From: Bacteroidota bacterium | Lineage (GTDB): Bacteria > Bacteroidota > Bacteroidia > Chitinophagales > Chitinophagaceae | NCBI GenBank assembly: GCA_037139075.1 | Contig: JBAXHC010000001.1 | Location: 2,795 to 66,794, forward strand | DNA length: 64,000 nt | Reading direction: 5' to 3' | In this document: positions 18,390-27,327 of the stretch, piece after piece | How the letters are laid out: each line of letters opens with the position of its first letter | How positions within the stretch are numbered: position 1 is the stretch's first letter | The notes under the pieces: model-generated | What the model saw: the letters and a program-made list of their open reading frames with translations, nothing else | What the model was told of the DNA's origin: nothing | Database searches by the model: none | Program-made: the position numbers and the translations under genes

Positions 18390-19877
18390 TTATTTAATCT
18401 GTTTGATAAAGCCAAGTCGAATACCATAGTCCATCAGGTATTCTGTAATCGGATATTTATTGGAATACGTAGGCAGGTGTTGGAATCTAGCCTGTGGCCC
18501 TAAGAACCATTGATAAACACCTGTTTGGTAGGTAAGGTTTATTCCCAAAGAACTATTGATATTCCATTTGCGCATAAGGCTATTGCCGTCAGCGTAGTGC
18601 TTATAATCAGTTGATAATAAATACAAGGATTTATTCAAGGTAAAAGTGGGCTGAATAGATGCTTCTGCTGTAACTCCTATGTGCTTCCCTTTTATGATAT
18701 CATATTGGAATCCTATAGGAATAGATACCTGGTACATTTTATTGTCTAATTCTGCATTACGGTATCCATTATTATTATTATAAAGCGATAAAACACTTAC
18801 GTTTTCTATGCCATGATTATTCACCAATGAAATGGTAGTTACATCTGCCACTGATTGAAAAGTTTCAATATAATATTGTCGGATATTGAATTGAATGCCA
18901 GTTTTGAATTTAATACGGTTTGACATATTATACAAAACAGCAAATCCTAATTCCAAACCAACAGCTGGTTTATGACGAACAATTTCGTTAATGTTAGTAG
19001 TATAGTTCAAACCAACAGGGGCTGTTGCCGGAGCGGTTCCCAGAATTTCTTTGGCTTTAAAGTCTGATAAACTCCGATAGCTTGTTGAAGGTGTGATAAA
19101 GAAGCCAAATCCAAATTTCGAATTCTTTGTACTTACTGTTGTGATTGGTTTATACGCGAATTCTTTAAGGTATTCGTCTGTTGAAATAGCTTCTATTTTA
19201 TTGTTCTCTGCAACTTGCACTAAAGCATTGTTTTGAGTGGCATTATTTTCTGCTGAAAGTTTTTTGATTCCTGTTTTTGATTCAAAAGCTGAATTTGATT
19301 CGGGCACATCTATAAGAAGATTTGCATTCTTATTTGATCCTTCTTCTTTAACTATTGTTGTTGCAGCACTATTATTTGAGTTTGATTCTTCTAAAAAAGA
19401 AGGTTTTGTAGGTAATTGAATTTCTTTCAGTATTTGTTCAGGAACAGCAGTTGCTGCAACTTCTTTTATAAACCGGATAGGTATAATTGGTGCTTCTGAA
19501 ACAACCCTATTGGCTTCATCCTTTAATTGTTGTTGTTCAATTTGAGCGATAGTAGATGCAGTTACTTGTTCAGCAGAAATGGCATTGAAATCAGAACTAA
19601 CTGAAGGCTGATCTGTTGGAATAATTTTTTTATCGTAGCCGTTTTTAAGAACAACCAGTTTGCCTGCTTTTTGTGCCGGATGATTATTAATAAGCGTAGC
19701 TACAGTAAGTGCTGAAATGATGAATATGGAAATAAAAGTAAGTGCTGGCCAGGTTTGAGGACCGTGAACCTCATTCTGTATATTTCTCCAGATCTGGTCA
19801 GAAGGATACATTCGATGGTCTTTAACCTCATCCTGAAGAAATTCTTCCAATTCGTCTTGGTACATATTGTTATCCAT
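18390..19877 (-). CDS. Putative dual-membrane-spanning anti-sigma factor (N-terminal anti-sigma segment, TM helix, long polar linker, C-terminal OM beta-barrel)
   Basis: Residues 1-42 acidic with a PSDQIWRNI motif; TM ~43-63; ~190-aa low-complexity linker; amphipathic beta-strand domain from ~aa 255; 17 bp downstream of an ECF sigma gene. Confidence 0.7.
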   Translation of the reverse strand: MDNNMYQDELEEFLQDEVKDHRMYPSDQIWRNIQNEVHGPQTWPALTFISIFIISALTVATLINNHPAQKAGKLVVLKNGYDKKIIPTDQPSVSSDFNAISAEQVTASTIAQIEQQQLKDEANRVVSEAPIIPIRFIKEVAATAVPEQILKEIQLPTKPSFLEESNSNNSAATTIVKEEGSNKNANLLIDVPESNSAFESKTGIKKLSAENNATQNNALVQVAENNKIEAISTDEYLKEFAYKPITTVSTKNSKFGFGFFITPSTSYRSLSDFKAKEILGTAPATAPVGLNYTTNINEIVRHKPAVGLELGFAVLYNMSNRIKFKTGIQFNIRQYYIETFQSVADVTTISLVNNHGIENVSVLSLYNNNNGYRNAELDNKMYQVSIPIGFQYDIIKGKHIGVTAEASIQPTFTLNKSLYLLSTDYKHYADGNSLMRKWNINSSLGINLTYQTGVYQWFLGPQARFQHLPTYSNKYPITEYLMDYGIRLGFIKQIK

Positions 19878-19894
19878 ATACAGGGCAGCAGCAA

Positions 19895-20473
19895 CTATTT
19901 TTTCAACGTGGCCAATAAGTTGAATTCTTCTTTTGGCTTTTCGATGATTTGTTTTCTTATTAGGATATTCTCTAGCATTGTTTTGGCTCTGGTGTATTGG
20001 CTTCTGCTGGTACTCTCTTCGATGTCCAACATTGCGCCAATCTCTTTATGGCTGTAACCTTCCAAAGCGTACAAATTCAATACCGTTCGGTAACCTAATG
20101 GCAATAATCTAATACATTCAACAATTTGGCGCGCCTGCATGATAGAGGGAACTGTTTCTTCTTTTACTTGTAAATAACTTGCATAATCCAAATCAACACT
20201 TTCGTTGAATTTCTTATACTTCTTTAAAAAATTGATACAAGTATGAACAACGATTCTTCTAATCCATCCCTCAAAAGCACCTTTATTTTGAAAAGTATGT
20301 ATCTGGGTGAATACTTTGATAAATCCTTCTTGCAGCATATCCTCACCGTCTTCGCGACTTTGAGCAAAGCGATAACAAACACTGAGCATTTTAGGACTAT
20401 ATCGGTTATACAACTCCCGTTGCGCAGCAACGTCATTGTGTAAACAACCCGAGATAATTGCCTGTTCGGTCAT
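19895..20473 (-). CDS. ECF (sigma-70 group 4) RNA polymerase sigma factor
   Basis: Region 2 (AQRELYNRY...EDMLQEGFIKVF...FEGWIRRI) and region 4 (LPLGYRTVLNLYALEGYSHKEIGAML...STSRSQYTRAK). Confidence 0.95.
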   Translation of the reverse strand: MTEQAIISGCLHNDVAAQRELYNRYSPKMLSVCYRFAQSREDGEDMLQEGFIKVFTQIHTFQNKGAFEGWIRRIVVHTCINFLKKYKKFNESVDLDYASYLQVKEETVPSIMQARQIVECIRLLPLGYRTVLNLYALEGYSHKEIGAMLDIEESTSRSQYTRAKTMLENILIRKQIIEKPKEEFNLLATLKK

Positions 20474-20684
20474 GAGGGGAATTTAAGTTCCCCTAAATAT
20501 AGACATAAAATGCTTTTAATTGCTGCATCCTAAAGCAGATTTATTGCTTAAAACCTCAAAAAAACTTCATTTTTTGTCAAAAAATTGTAATAATTGGAGG
20601 GCCAAGCCAGGATTATGGTTTATAGCGAACTGATATACATTCGTTAAAATAGTAAAATGGAACATAGAATCTTTAATGCTACAA

Positions 20685-20692
20685 TATATTTG
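20685..20692 (+). promoter_or_regulatory. -7 promoter element (TATATTTG) for the TonB-dependent receptor, implying a ~70-nt leader
   Basis: Exact TAnnTTTG match, 74 nt upstream of ATG 20767. Confidence 0.5.
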
Positions 20693-20766
20693 CAGTCCTA
20701 GATTCGCTTTTGAATCAGCATTTACTACATGCTTTATACTTTAATCAGTAGTCCTAAAATGTAACA

Positions 20767-23208
20767 ATGCGCAATTTTATATATCAGCTATTTATTGGAT
20801 TTACGGTATTAATTGGCATTTCAAATGCACAACAAAACCAACATACTGTAAAAGGCAATACGCCTTCTGGAAATAATAAATCATTTTTAACCGGGAAAAT
20901 AATCGATCAAAAAACGGGTGATCCCCTTGTTGGAGCAAGCATTTTTTTTCATGAATCTAAATCTGGAACCATTTCTGATAGCAAAGGATTCTTTGTTAGT
21001 CAGGGTATCCCAGCTGGAAAATATCTGGTAGAAATATCATTTCAAGGATTTGCAACCATCATTGAAAATATTGATATCAATGGGAAAGTAGAGAAGAATT
21101 TTAGCATGACAGAAACTGTTGTTGAACATGAAGAAGTTACAGTTACCGGTGTGGCATCTGCAACAAAAACAAAACTATCATCTCAGCCAATCTCAATTCT
21201 TAAAAGATCCGACTTATTGCAATCATCTTCTACTAATATTATTGATGCAATCAGCAAATTGGTTCCTGGTGTGGCAAGTTTAGGAACCGGACCGGCAATT
21301 AGTAAACCAGTGATTCGTGGACTAGGATATAACCGAGTAGTAACAGTTCATGATGGTGTTAGGCAAGAGGGGCAACAATGGGGAGACGAACATGGTATCG
21401 AAGTAGATGAATACAGCATTCAAAAAGTAGAACTTCTAAAAGGCCCAGCTTCACTTTTTTATGGAAGCGATGCCATGGCTGGAGTTGTGCATTTGATTAC
21501 CAATGTGCCTGTTCAAAGAGGAACAATAAGTGGTAATATAATGGGCACGTTCAATGGAAACAATGGCTTGTTTGGAACAAATGCAAATCTTGCGGGGCAT
21601 TTGAAAAACGGTTTCAATTTCAACGCTTATGGCACTTATAAAAATGCGGGTGATTATCAGAATGCATATGATGGAAAAGTTTTCAATAGCAGATTCAATG
21701 AAAGGAATTTTGGAGGCTATATTGGCGTCAATAAATCCTGGGGATACAGCCATATCATAATCAGCAATTTCAATCAACATATTGGAGTAATAGAAGGTGC
21801 AAGAGATGCAAATACAGGGCAGTTTCTTGTTTACCCGGAAACGATTCTTTCACATATAGCTACAAGTGACGAGTTGAATAGTAGAATCCTTTATACACCT
21901 TATCAACAAGTCACTCATTTTAAAATTGCGAGTGATAATAATTTTGTTGTACCTGGAGGAAGAATGACGGTAAACTTAGGATATCAGGATAATAAAAGAA
22001 GGGAATTTGGTGACCAGGCAAATTCACTTATACCAGATCTTTTCTTTGATTTAAAAACCATTAATTATAATTTCCAATATCATATCACTGAAAACAATGG
22101 CTGGCTTAATTCAATTGGAATTACTGGTATGTACCAACAGAATCAAAATCTTGCAAAAGAAGTACTCATTCCTGAATATAATTTGTTTGATGTAGGTGCT
22201 TTCTTTTATACCAAAAAAACCTTTGATAATTTAACAGTGAGCGGTGGAATAAGAGCAGATCACAGAAGTTTGCACGGTTTTAAATACATGGAGAATGCTG
22301 TAACACGATTTGATGATTTTAGTCGCTCTTTCTCAAACCTAAGTGGAAGTGTTGGTATCAGTTATTCAGTTAATGAGTCTTTAACTTGGAAAATAAATGT
22401 GGCAAGAAGTTATAGGGCCCCTAGTGTTTCTGAATTAGCAAGTAATGGAGCTCATGAAGGAACCAATCGTTTTGAATACGGAGAACAAAACTTAAAGTCC
22501 GAAACTGCTTTTCAGATTGATGCAGGTTTCGAATATAATGAAGACCATATTAGTTTTGCTGTTAGTACATTCTATAATAACATACAGAACTATATTTTTT
22601 ACAGCAAACTAGAATCAGTACTTGGCGGTGATTCATTGGTGAATCAAGGTGGAAACGATTTAACTGCATTCAAATTTCGCCAGGCAATAGCATCGTTATA
22701 CGGATTTGAGGCAAAACTTGATATCCATCCACATCCACTTGACTGGTTACACTTTGAAAATAATTTTTCATTAGTTGCTGCCCATTTTAATCAGGAGTTT
22801 GAAGGGACTAATAAAATTCCTTTTGTGCCTTCTCCAAGATTATTGAGTGTGTTAAGGGCTAATTTTAATAAGAAAGATAAATATTTAAGGAATAGTTATT
22901 TGAAACTTGAATTGGATAATGTTGCTGCACAAAACAGGGTGTTTTCTGCTTATAATACAGAAACTGCCACACCTGGATATACCTTACTAAACTTCGGAAC
23001 TGGAACAGATTTTGTACATGATGGAAAAATTGTTTTCAGTATTTATATTGGCATCAATAATCTTACTGATGTGGCATATCAGAGCCATTTGAGTCGCTTA
23101 AAATACACTGATGTTAATCCTGTTACCGGCAGGATGGGTGTATTTAATATGGGTCGTAACTTTAGTGTAAAACTCAATATGCCATTGAGTTTTAAAACAA
23201 AAGCCTAA
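20767..23208 (+). CDS. TonB-dependent receptor with N-terminal carboxypeptidase-regulatory-like domain
   Basis: Signal peptide; TGKIIDQKTGDPLVGA; plug motif PVIRGLGYNRV...RQEGQQWGDEHG...VELLKGPASLFYGSDAMAGV; C-terminal MGRNF. Confidence 0.9.
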   Translation: MRNFIYQLFIGFTVLIGISNAQQNQHTVKGNTPSGNNKSFLTGKIIDQKTGDPLVGASIFFHESKSGTISDSKGFFVSQGIPAGKYLVEISFQGFATIIENIDINGKVEKNFSMTETVVEHEEVTVTGVASATKTKLSSQPISILKRSDLLQSSSTNIIDAISKLVPGVASLGTGPAISKPVIRGLGYNRVVTVHDGVRQEGQQWGDEHGIEVDEYSIQKVELLKGPASLFYGSDAMAGVVHLITNVPVQRGTISGNIMGTFNGNNGLFGTNANLAGHLKNGFNFNAYGTYKNAGDYQNAYDGKVFNSRFNERNFGGYIGVNKSWGYSHIIISNFNQHIGVIEGARDANTGQFLVYPETILSHIATSDELNSRILYTPYQQVTHFKIASDNNFVVPGGRMTVNLGYQDNKRREFGDQANSLIPDLFFDLKTINYNFQYHITENNGWLNSIGITGMYQQNQNLAKEVLIPEYNLFDVGAFFYTKKTFDNLTVSGGIRADHRSLHGFKYMENAVTRFDDFSRSFSNLSGSVGISYSVNESLTWKINVARSYRAPSVSELASNGAHEGTNRFEYGEQNLKSETAFQIDAGFEYNEDHISFAVSTFYNNIQNYIFYSKLESVLGGDSLVNQGGNDLTAFKFRQAIASLYGFEAKLDIHPHPLDWLHFENNFSLVAAHFNQEFEGTNKIPFVPSPRLLSVLRANFNKKDKYLRNSYLKLELDNVAAQNRVFSAYNTETATPGYTLLNFGTGTDFVHDGKIVFSIYIGINNLTDVAYQSHLSRLKYTDVNPVTGRMGVFNMGRNFSVKLNMPLSFKTKA

Positions 23209-23216
23209 TTTTAAGT

Positions 23217-23654
23217 ATGGACATTTCTATAAACACCCCTGCACTTTTATTCCCTGCAATTAGTTTGGTAATGCTTGCATATACTAATAGATTTCTTGCA
23301 TTGTCGAATCGTGTTAGAAGCCTTCATGATAAATATATAGACACTAAGCAAGAGAATAAAACGATACACGCTCAGATCAAAAGTTTGCGTTATCGATTGA
23401 AATTGATCAAACATATGCAAGGCTTAGGGATCATAACTTTTATTGCAGCAATTTTTTCCATATTTCTATTTTATATCGATGAAAAATTTGTAGCTAATAT
23501 TTTCTTTGCAGCTAGTTTACTCGCTTTTACAGTATCGCTTATTTTTTCATTTATTGAAATAATGATGAGCAATAAAGCTATTGAACTGGAACTAAGCGAT
23601 ATGGAGGGATTGGAAAACCCAAATATGATTGAGTATATTAAAAGTAAATTTTAA
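23217..23654 (+). CDS. DUF2721-like small membrane protein
   Basis: TPALLFPAISLVMLAYTNRFLAL signature; three hydrophobic segments. Confidence 0.75.
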   Translation: MDISINTPALLFPAISLVMLAYTNRFLALSNRVRSLHDKYIDTKQENKTIHAQIKSLRYRLKLIKHMQGLGIITFIAAIFSIFLFYIDEKFVANIFFAASLLAFTVSLIFSFIEIMMSNKAIELELSDMEGLENPNMIEYIKSKF

Positions 23655-23692
23655 AAAGAAAAGGCAGGAATTATTTTCCTGCCTTTTCTTTT
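23654..23692. terminator. Bidirectional terminator (perfect 17-bp inverted repeat)
   Basis: AAAAGAAAAGGCAGGAA-ttatt-TTCCTGCCTTTTCTTTT between convergent genes. Confidence 0.9.
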
Positions 23693-25466
23693 AAACTGTA
23701 GCTAACATTTTTCTTTCTCCAATTTGCTGACGCCACATCGCATAATACAATCCTTTTTCTTCCAGTAAATGATGGTGACTGCCAGTTTCTACTACCTGCC
23801 CTTTTTCAAGTACATAGATTCTGTCTGCGTGCATGATTGTACTTAAACGGTGAGCAATCATTACAGTGATCTGTTCTTTTTCTGTAGAGATTCTGCGTAT
23901 AGTATTGGTGATTTCTTCTTCAGTAATACTATCTAATGACGAAGTTGCTTCATCAAATATGAGCAAATGTGGATGACGCAAAAGTGCTCTGGCTATAGAC
24001 AATCTTTGTTTTTCTCCTCCACTTAATTTTAGACCACCTTCACCAATCATAGTATCTAATCCTTTTTCGGCTCTGGATAAAAGATTGTCACAGCTTGCTT
24101 TATGAAGTGCATCTCTAACTTCATCATCTGTTGCTTCTGGGAATACAAAAGTTAGATTCTCCCGAATGGTTCCTGCAAATAACTGTGTGTCTTGTGTAAC
24201 AAACCCTATTTGATTACGAAGCTCATCGAAATCTATTTCATGACCATCAATTCCATTATAGAATATTGTTCCATCCTGTGTTCTATATAACCCTACTAAG
24301 AGTTTAACTAAAGTGCTTTTCCCAGCGCCGGATGGCCCTACAAAAGCAATAGTTTCACCCCTCTTTACATTAAATGAAATATCGTCGAGCGCTTTGTATT
24401 GAGCTGTTTGATGTTTGAAGGCAATATTTTTGAATTCTAATTCTTCAATCATACCAACTTGTTTAGGCTCTAATGGTTTAGGCTCTACACTTTTTAGCAT
24501 GAGGTTGTGAAAATTACTCATTGATGCTTCGGCTTCACGATAACTAATAATAATACTTCCAATTTCTTGTAACGGTCCAAAAATGAAGAAGCTATAGAAT
24601 TGTAGGGATATCAGCTGACCAACAGTTAATACTTCTCTGAACAATAACCACATCAATGTGAACGTAATTACCTGACGTAAAAAATTCACCATTGTTCCCT
24701 GAATAAAACTCAGAGAGCGAATGTTTTTTACTTTTCTAAGTTCTAATCCAAGAATCTTATAGGTATTCGTGTTTAATCTTTTTACCTCCTGATCAGTAAG
24801 TCCAAGACTTTTTACTAATTCAATATTGCGTAAACTTTCGGTGGTAGAACCAGCAAGCGAAGTAGTTTCTTTGACAATATTTTTTTGAATGGATTTTATT
24901 TTTTTGCTCAATAAATTGGTCACTATCGCAATTAAAAAAGCACCCCCCATGTAGATAGGCATAATTGACCAATGTAAACGGGTAGCATAAATGGAAACAA
25001 AAATCACACTTACTAAAATTCCAAATAATACATTAATTACATATCCAATAAACTTCTCTGTATCACTTCTTACTTTTGTTAAGATCGATAAGGTTTCACC
25101 ACTTCTTTGGTCTTCAAATTCCTGGTAGGGAAGTCGCATTGAATGCTTTAGCCCATCAGTAAAAATCTTAGCACCAAATTTCTGAATAATCACGTTTACA
25201 GTATAATCCTGAAATGCCTTAGCAATTCTACTAACCATTGCAGTTCCAACTAATAAAAACAGCATAAAGCCAAGACCTCTTACATAAGTGCTTTCATCCC
25301 TGATAGCACCATTGTCTGCAACTTTAGGATGACTTGCAAAACGGTCGATCAGCTTCCCAAAGATCATGGGGTCGAACATCGAAAAGGTTTGGTTAATTCC
25401 GGCAAGTGCTAATGCCAGAATAATATGCCATTTATATGGCTTGAGATAGGTTAAGAGTATTTTCAT
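23691..25466 (-). CDS. ABC exporter, fused TMD-NBD (MsbA/multidrug-like)
   Basis: Six-TM domain; Walker A GPSGAGKST, LSGGEKQR signature, LIFDEATSSLD, IAHRLST. Confidence 0.93.
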   Translation of the reverse strand: MKILLTYLKPYKWHIILALALAGINQTFSMFDPMIFGKLIDRFASHPKVADNGAIRDESTYVRGLGFMLFLLVGTAMVSRIAKAFQDYTVNVIIQKFGAKIFTDGLKHSMRLPYQEFEDQRSGETLSILTKVRSDTEKFIGYVINVLFGILVSVIFVSIYATRLHWSIMPIYMGGAFLIAIVTNLLSKKIKSIQKNIVKETTSLAGSTTESLRNIELVKSLGLTDQEVKRLNTNTYKILGLELRKVKNIRSLSFIQGTMVNFLRQVITFTLMWLLFREVLTVGQLISLQFYSFFIFGPLQEIGSIIISYREAEASMSNFHNLMLKSVEPKPLEPKQVGMIEELEFKNIAFKHQTAQYKALDDISFNVKRGETIAFVGPSGAGKSTLVKLLVGLYRTQDGTIFYNGIDGHEIDFDELRNQIGFVTQDTQLFAGTIRENLTFVFPEATDDEVRDALHKASCDNLLSRAEKGLDTMIGEGGLKLSGGEKQRLSIARALLRHPHLLIFDEATSSLDSITEEEITNTIRRISTEKEQITVMIAHRLSTIMHADRIYVLEKGQVVETGSHHHLLEEKGLYYAMWRQQIGERKMLATV

Positions 25467-25655
25467 TGAATTATATTAAGTTTTACAGTATAACAATATC
25501 CGTACTATTCTTTAAAATATGACAATATTGCTTACTTAGATACTCCGAATGCGCCATATTTTTTTTGAGGTTTTCCACCCTCTGTTAATAATAACATCAT
25601 TTACAAGTAAAGGTTTCGCAGACTTTATTTGGTAAATTACAAAAACATCAATCTT

Positions 25656-26129
25656 ATGCGTTGGCGAAAATTTAACGGTGAGCTGATTAATTTACCCATC
25701 AAACAAGCGGTGGAAGATGCTATTATTCAAGAGACAGAAAAACGTATTAAACTTAAAGTATGTATCGGCACTGATAGTCAGGTAAAAGGTGAGGATACAG
25801 AATTTGCAACTGTAATTGTTTTTTTAAGAGAGCACAATGGTGGATTTATGTATATCCACAATGAAAAAACAAAAACAAAATACCACATTAAAGAAAGAAT
25901 GTTGGTGGAAGTTGCAAAAAGTATTGAAATTGCTTATGAATTGTGTGACCTGTTCATTGAACATCATATTGAAATGGAAGTTCATGCAGACATTAATACC
26001 AATCCGCAATTCAAAAGCAATGACGCATTACGCGAAGCAATGGGTTATATTTTAGGAATGGGTTTTGCCTTCAAAGCCAAGCCTGAAGCATTTGCTAGCA
26101 GTTGTTGTGCAGATAAAATCTGCAATTAA
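25656..26129 (+). CDS. YkuK/DUF458 RNase H-like protein
   Basis: VCIGTDSQ, ATVIV, ERMLVEVAKS, EVHADIN, KPEAFASS..AD motifs. ATG 25656 preferred over the track start at 25629. Confidence 0.75.
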   Translation: MRWRKFNGELINLPIKQAVEDAIIQETEKRIKLKVCIGTDSQVKGEDTEFATVIVFLREHNGGFMYIHNEKTKTKYHIKERMLVEVAKSIEIAYELCDLFIEHHIEMEVHADINTNPQFKSNDALREAMGYILGMGFAFKAKPEAFASSCCADKICN

Positions 26130-26190
26130 ATTGAAGTGTGCATATAAGTCTTGTTGTTTCATTTCTGATTCAACTGTAACTCCATCCGCT

Positions 26191-26829
26191 TTATTCTTTC
26201 GTGTTTTTGAATTCGTTATTCATTTGCTGCAATAATGCTAAGATTTCTTCTCTGCCCATTTTCTTTTCTGCACTTGTTACAAAATGTCGTGGAAGAAATT
26301 GCCATGTTTCTCTAAGCTTATCCATAAATGCCTGTACATTTCTGGCCACAACACCTGGTTTCTCTTTATCTGATTTTGTAAAGATTAAACTGAAAGGGAT
26401 TTGCCAATGATCTAGTTGGTTTACAAATTCTAAATCATTTTTCTGTGGGGTATGGCGGCTATCGATTAATACAAAAACCTGCATCAAATTTTCTCTTTTG
26501 CGGATGTATCCATCTATCATTTGCTCCCAACGATTCCTATCAGAAATGGATCGTTTTGCATAACCATAACCTGGAAGATCCACTAAATACCATTTTTCTT
26601 TAGGCCCTTTTAATGCCCCTGAGCTTTCGATATCAAAATGATTAATCAATTGCGTTTTTCCAGGGGTACCCGAAGTTTTGGCCAGGTTTTTTTGTTTAGT
26701 GAGCAGATTAATCAGTGATGATTTACCTACATTACTCCTACCTATAAAAGCATATTCCGGCCGGTCTGGTTTCGGACATTGGGTAATCAGGGCGGATGAT
26801 ATATTGTATTTGGCAGAAGTAATTTCCAT
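26191..26829 (-). CDS. yihA: Ribosome biogenesis GTPase YihA/YsxC
   Basis: GRSNVGKSSLIN, TPGKTQLIN, DLPGYGYA, TKSDK. Confidence 0.95.
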   Translation of the reverse strand: MEITSAKYNISSALITQCPKPDRPEYAFIGRSNVGKSSLINLLTKQKNLAKTSGTPGKTQLINHFDIESSGALKGPKEKWYLVDLPGYGYAKRSISDRNRWEQMIDGYIRKRENLMQVFVLIDSRHTPQKNDLEFVNQLDHWQIPFSLIFTKSDKEKPGVVARNVQAFMDKLRETWQFLPRHFVTSAEKKMGREEILALLQQMNNEFKNTKE

Positions 26830-26831
26830 AT

Positions 26832-27317
26832 TTATTTTCTTTTCGGTAAAACCAAACTATCAGCAGGATATCTTGCTTTAATAGTATCCCTTACTGTTGT
26901 GCACCAGTCAAATAATTTTTGTTTTTCATTATCAGTCAATTTAGCCTCTTTATGAATCAGCGTATAGGATTCCAAAGGCATTTCACCTTCTTTGACCTGC
27001 TCGATACATTCGTCCAATTTTTTATACTGACGGGCAATTTGGTAACTATTGAACTCATTGAAATTCATATGTCTTTTCCCATCGTTCACATGATTATCTA
27101 ACCAAAGTCTTACTGGTTGAATATTACTATACCAAGGATATGTGGTGTTATTACTATGACAATCGTTACATGCTTTTGCAATAATCTGCTTCACATCATC
27201 TGGAACTACATAAGACTTTGAGATATCATTATCCAGTTTTTTAGAATCGTTTTTTGCTGGTCGGTAGGCTTGTAATAAAACTAGAATTACTAGAAGCCCA
27301 ATTCCTACTTTTTTCAT
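26832..27317 (-). CDS. Haem-binding (monoheme cytochrome c-like) domain protein
   Basis: N-terminal membrane anchor; CNDCH heme-attachment motif, YPWYS, MPLESY. Confidence 0.8.
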   Translation of the reverse strand: MKKVGIGLLVILVLLQAYRPAKNDSKKLDNDISKSYVVPDDVKQIIAKACNDCHSNNTTYPWYSNIQPVRLWLDNHVNDGKRHMNFNEFNSYQIARQYKKLDECIEQVKEGEMPLESYTLIHKEAKLTDNEKQKLFDWCTTVRDTIKARYPADSLVLPKRK

Positions 27318-27327
27318 GATGATATGT

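Noticed and set aside
20693-20766. Cobalamin/TPP riboswitch upstream of the TBDR
   Set aside because: The leader is too short and lacks the conserved cores of those riboswitches.
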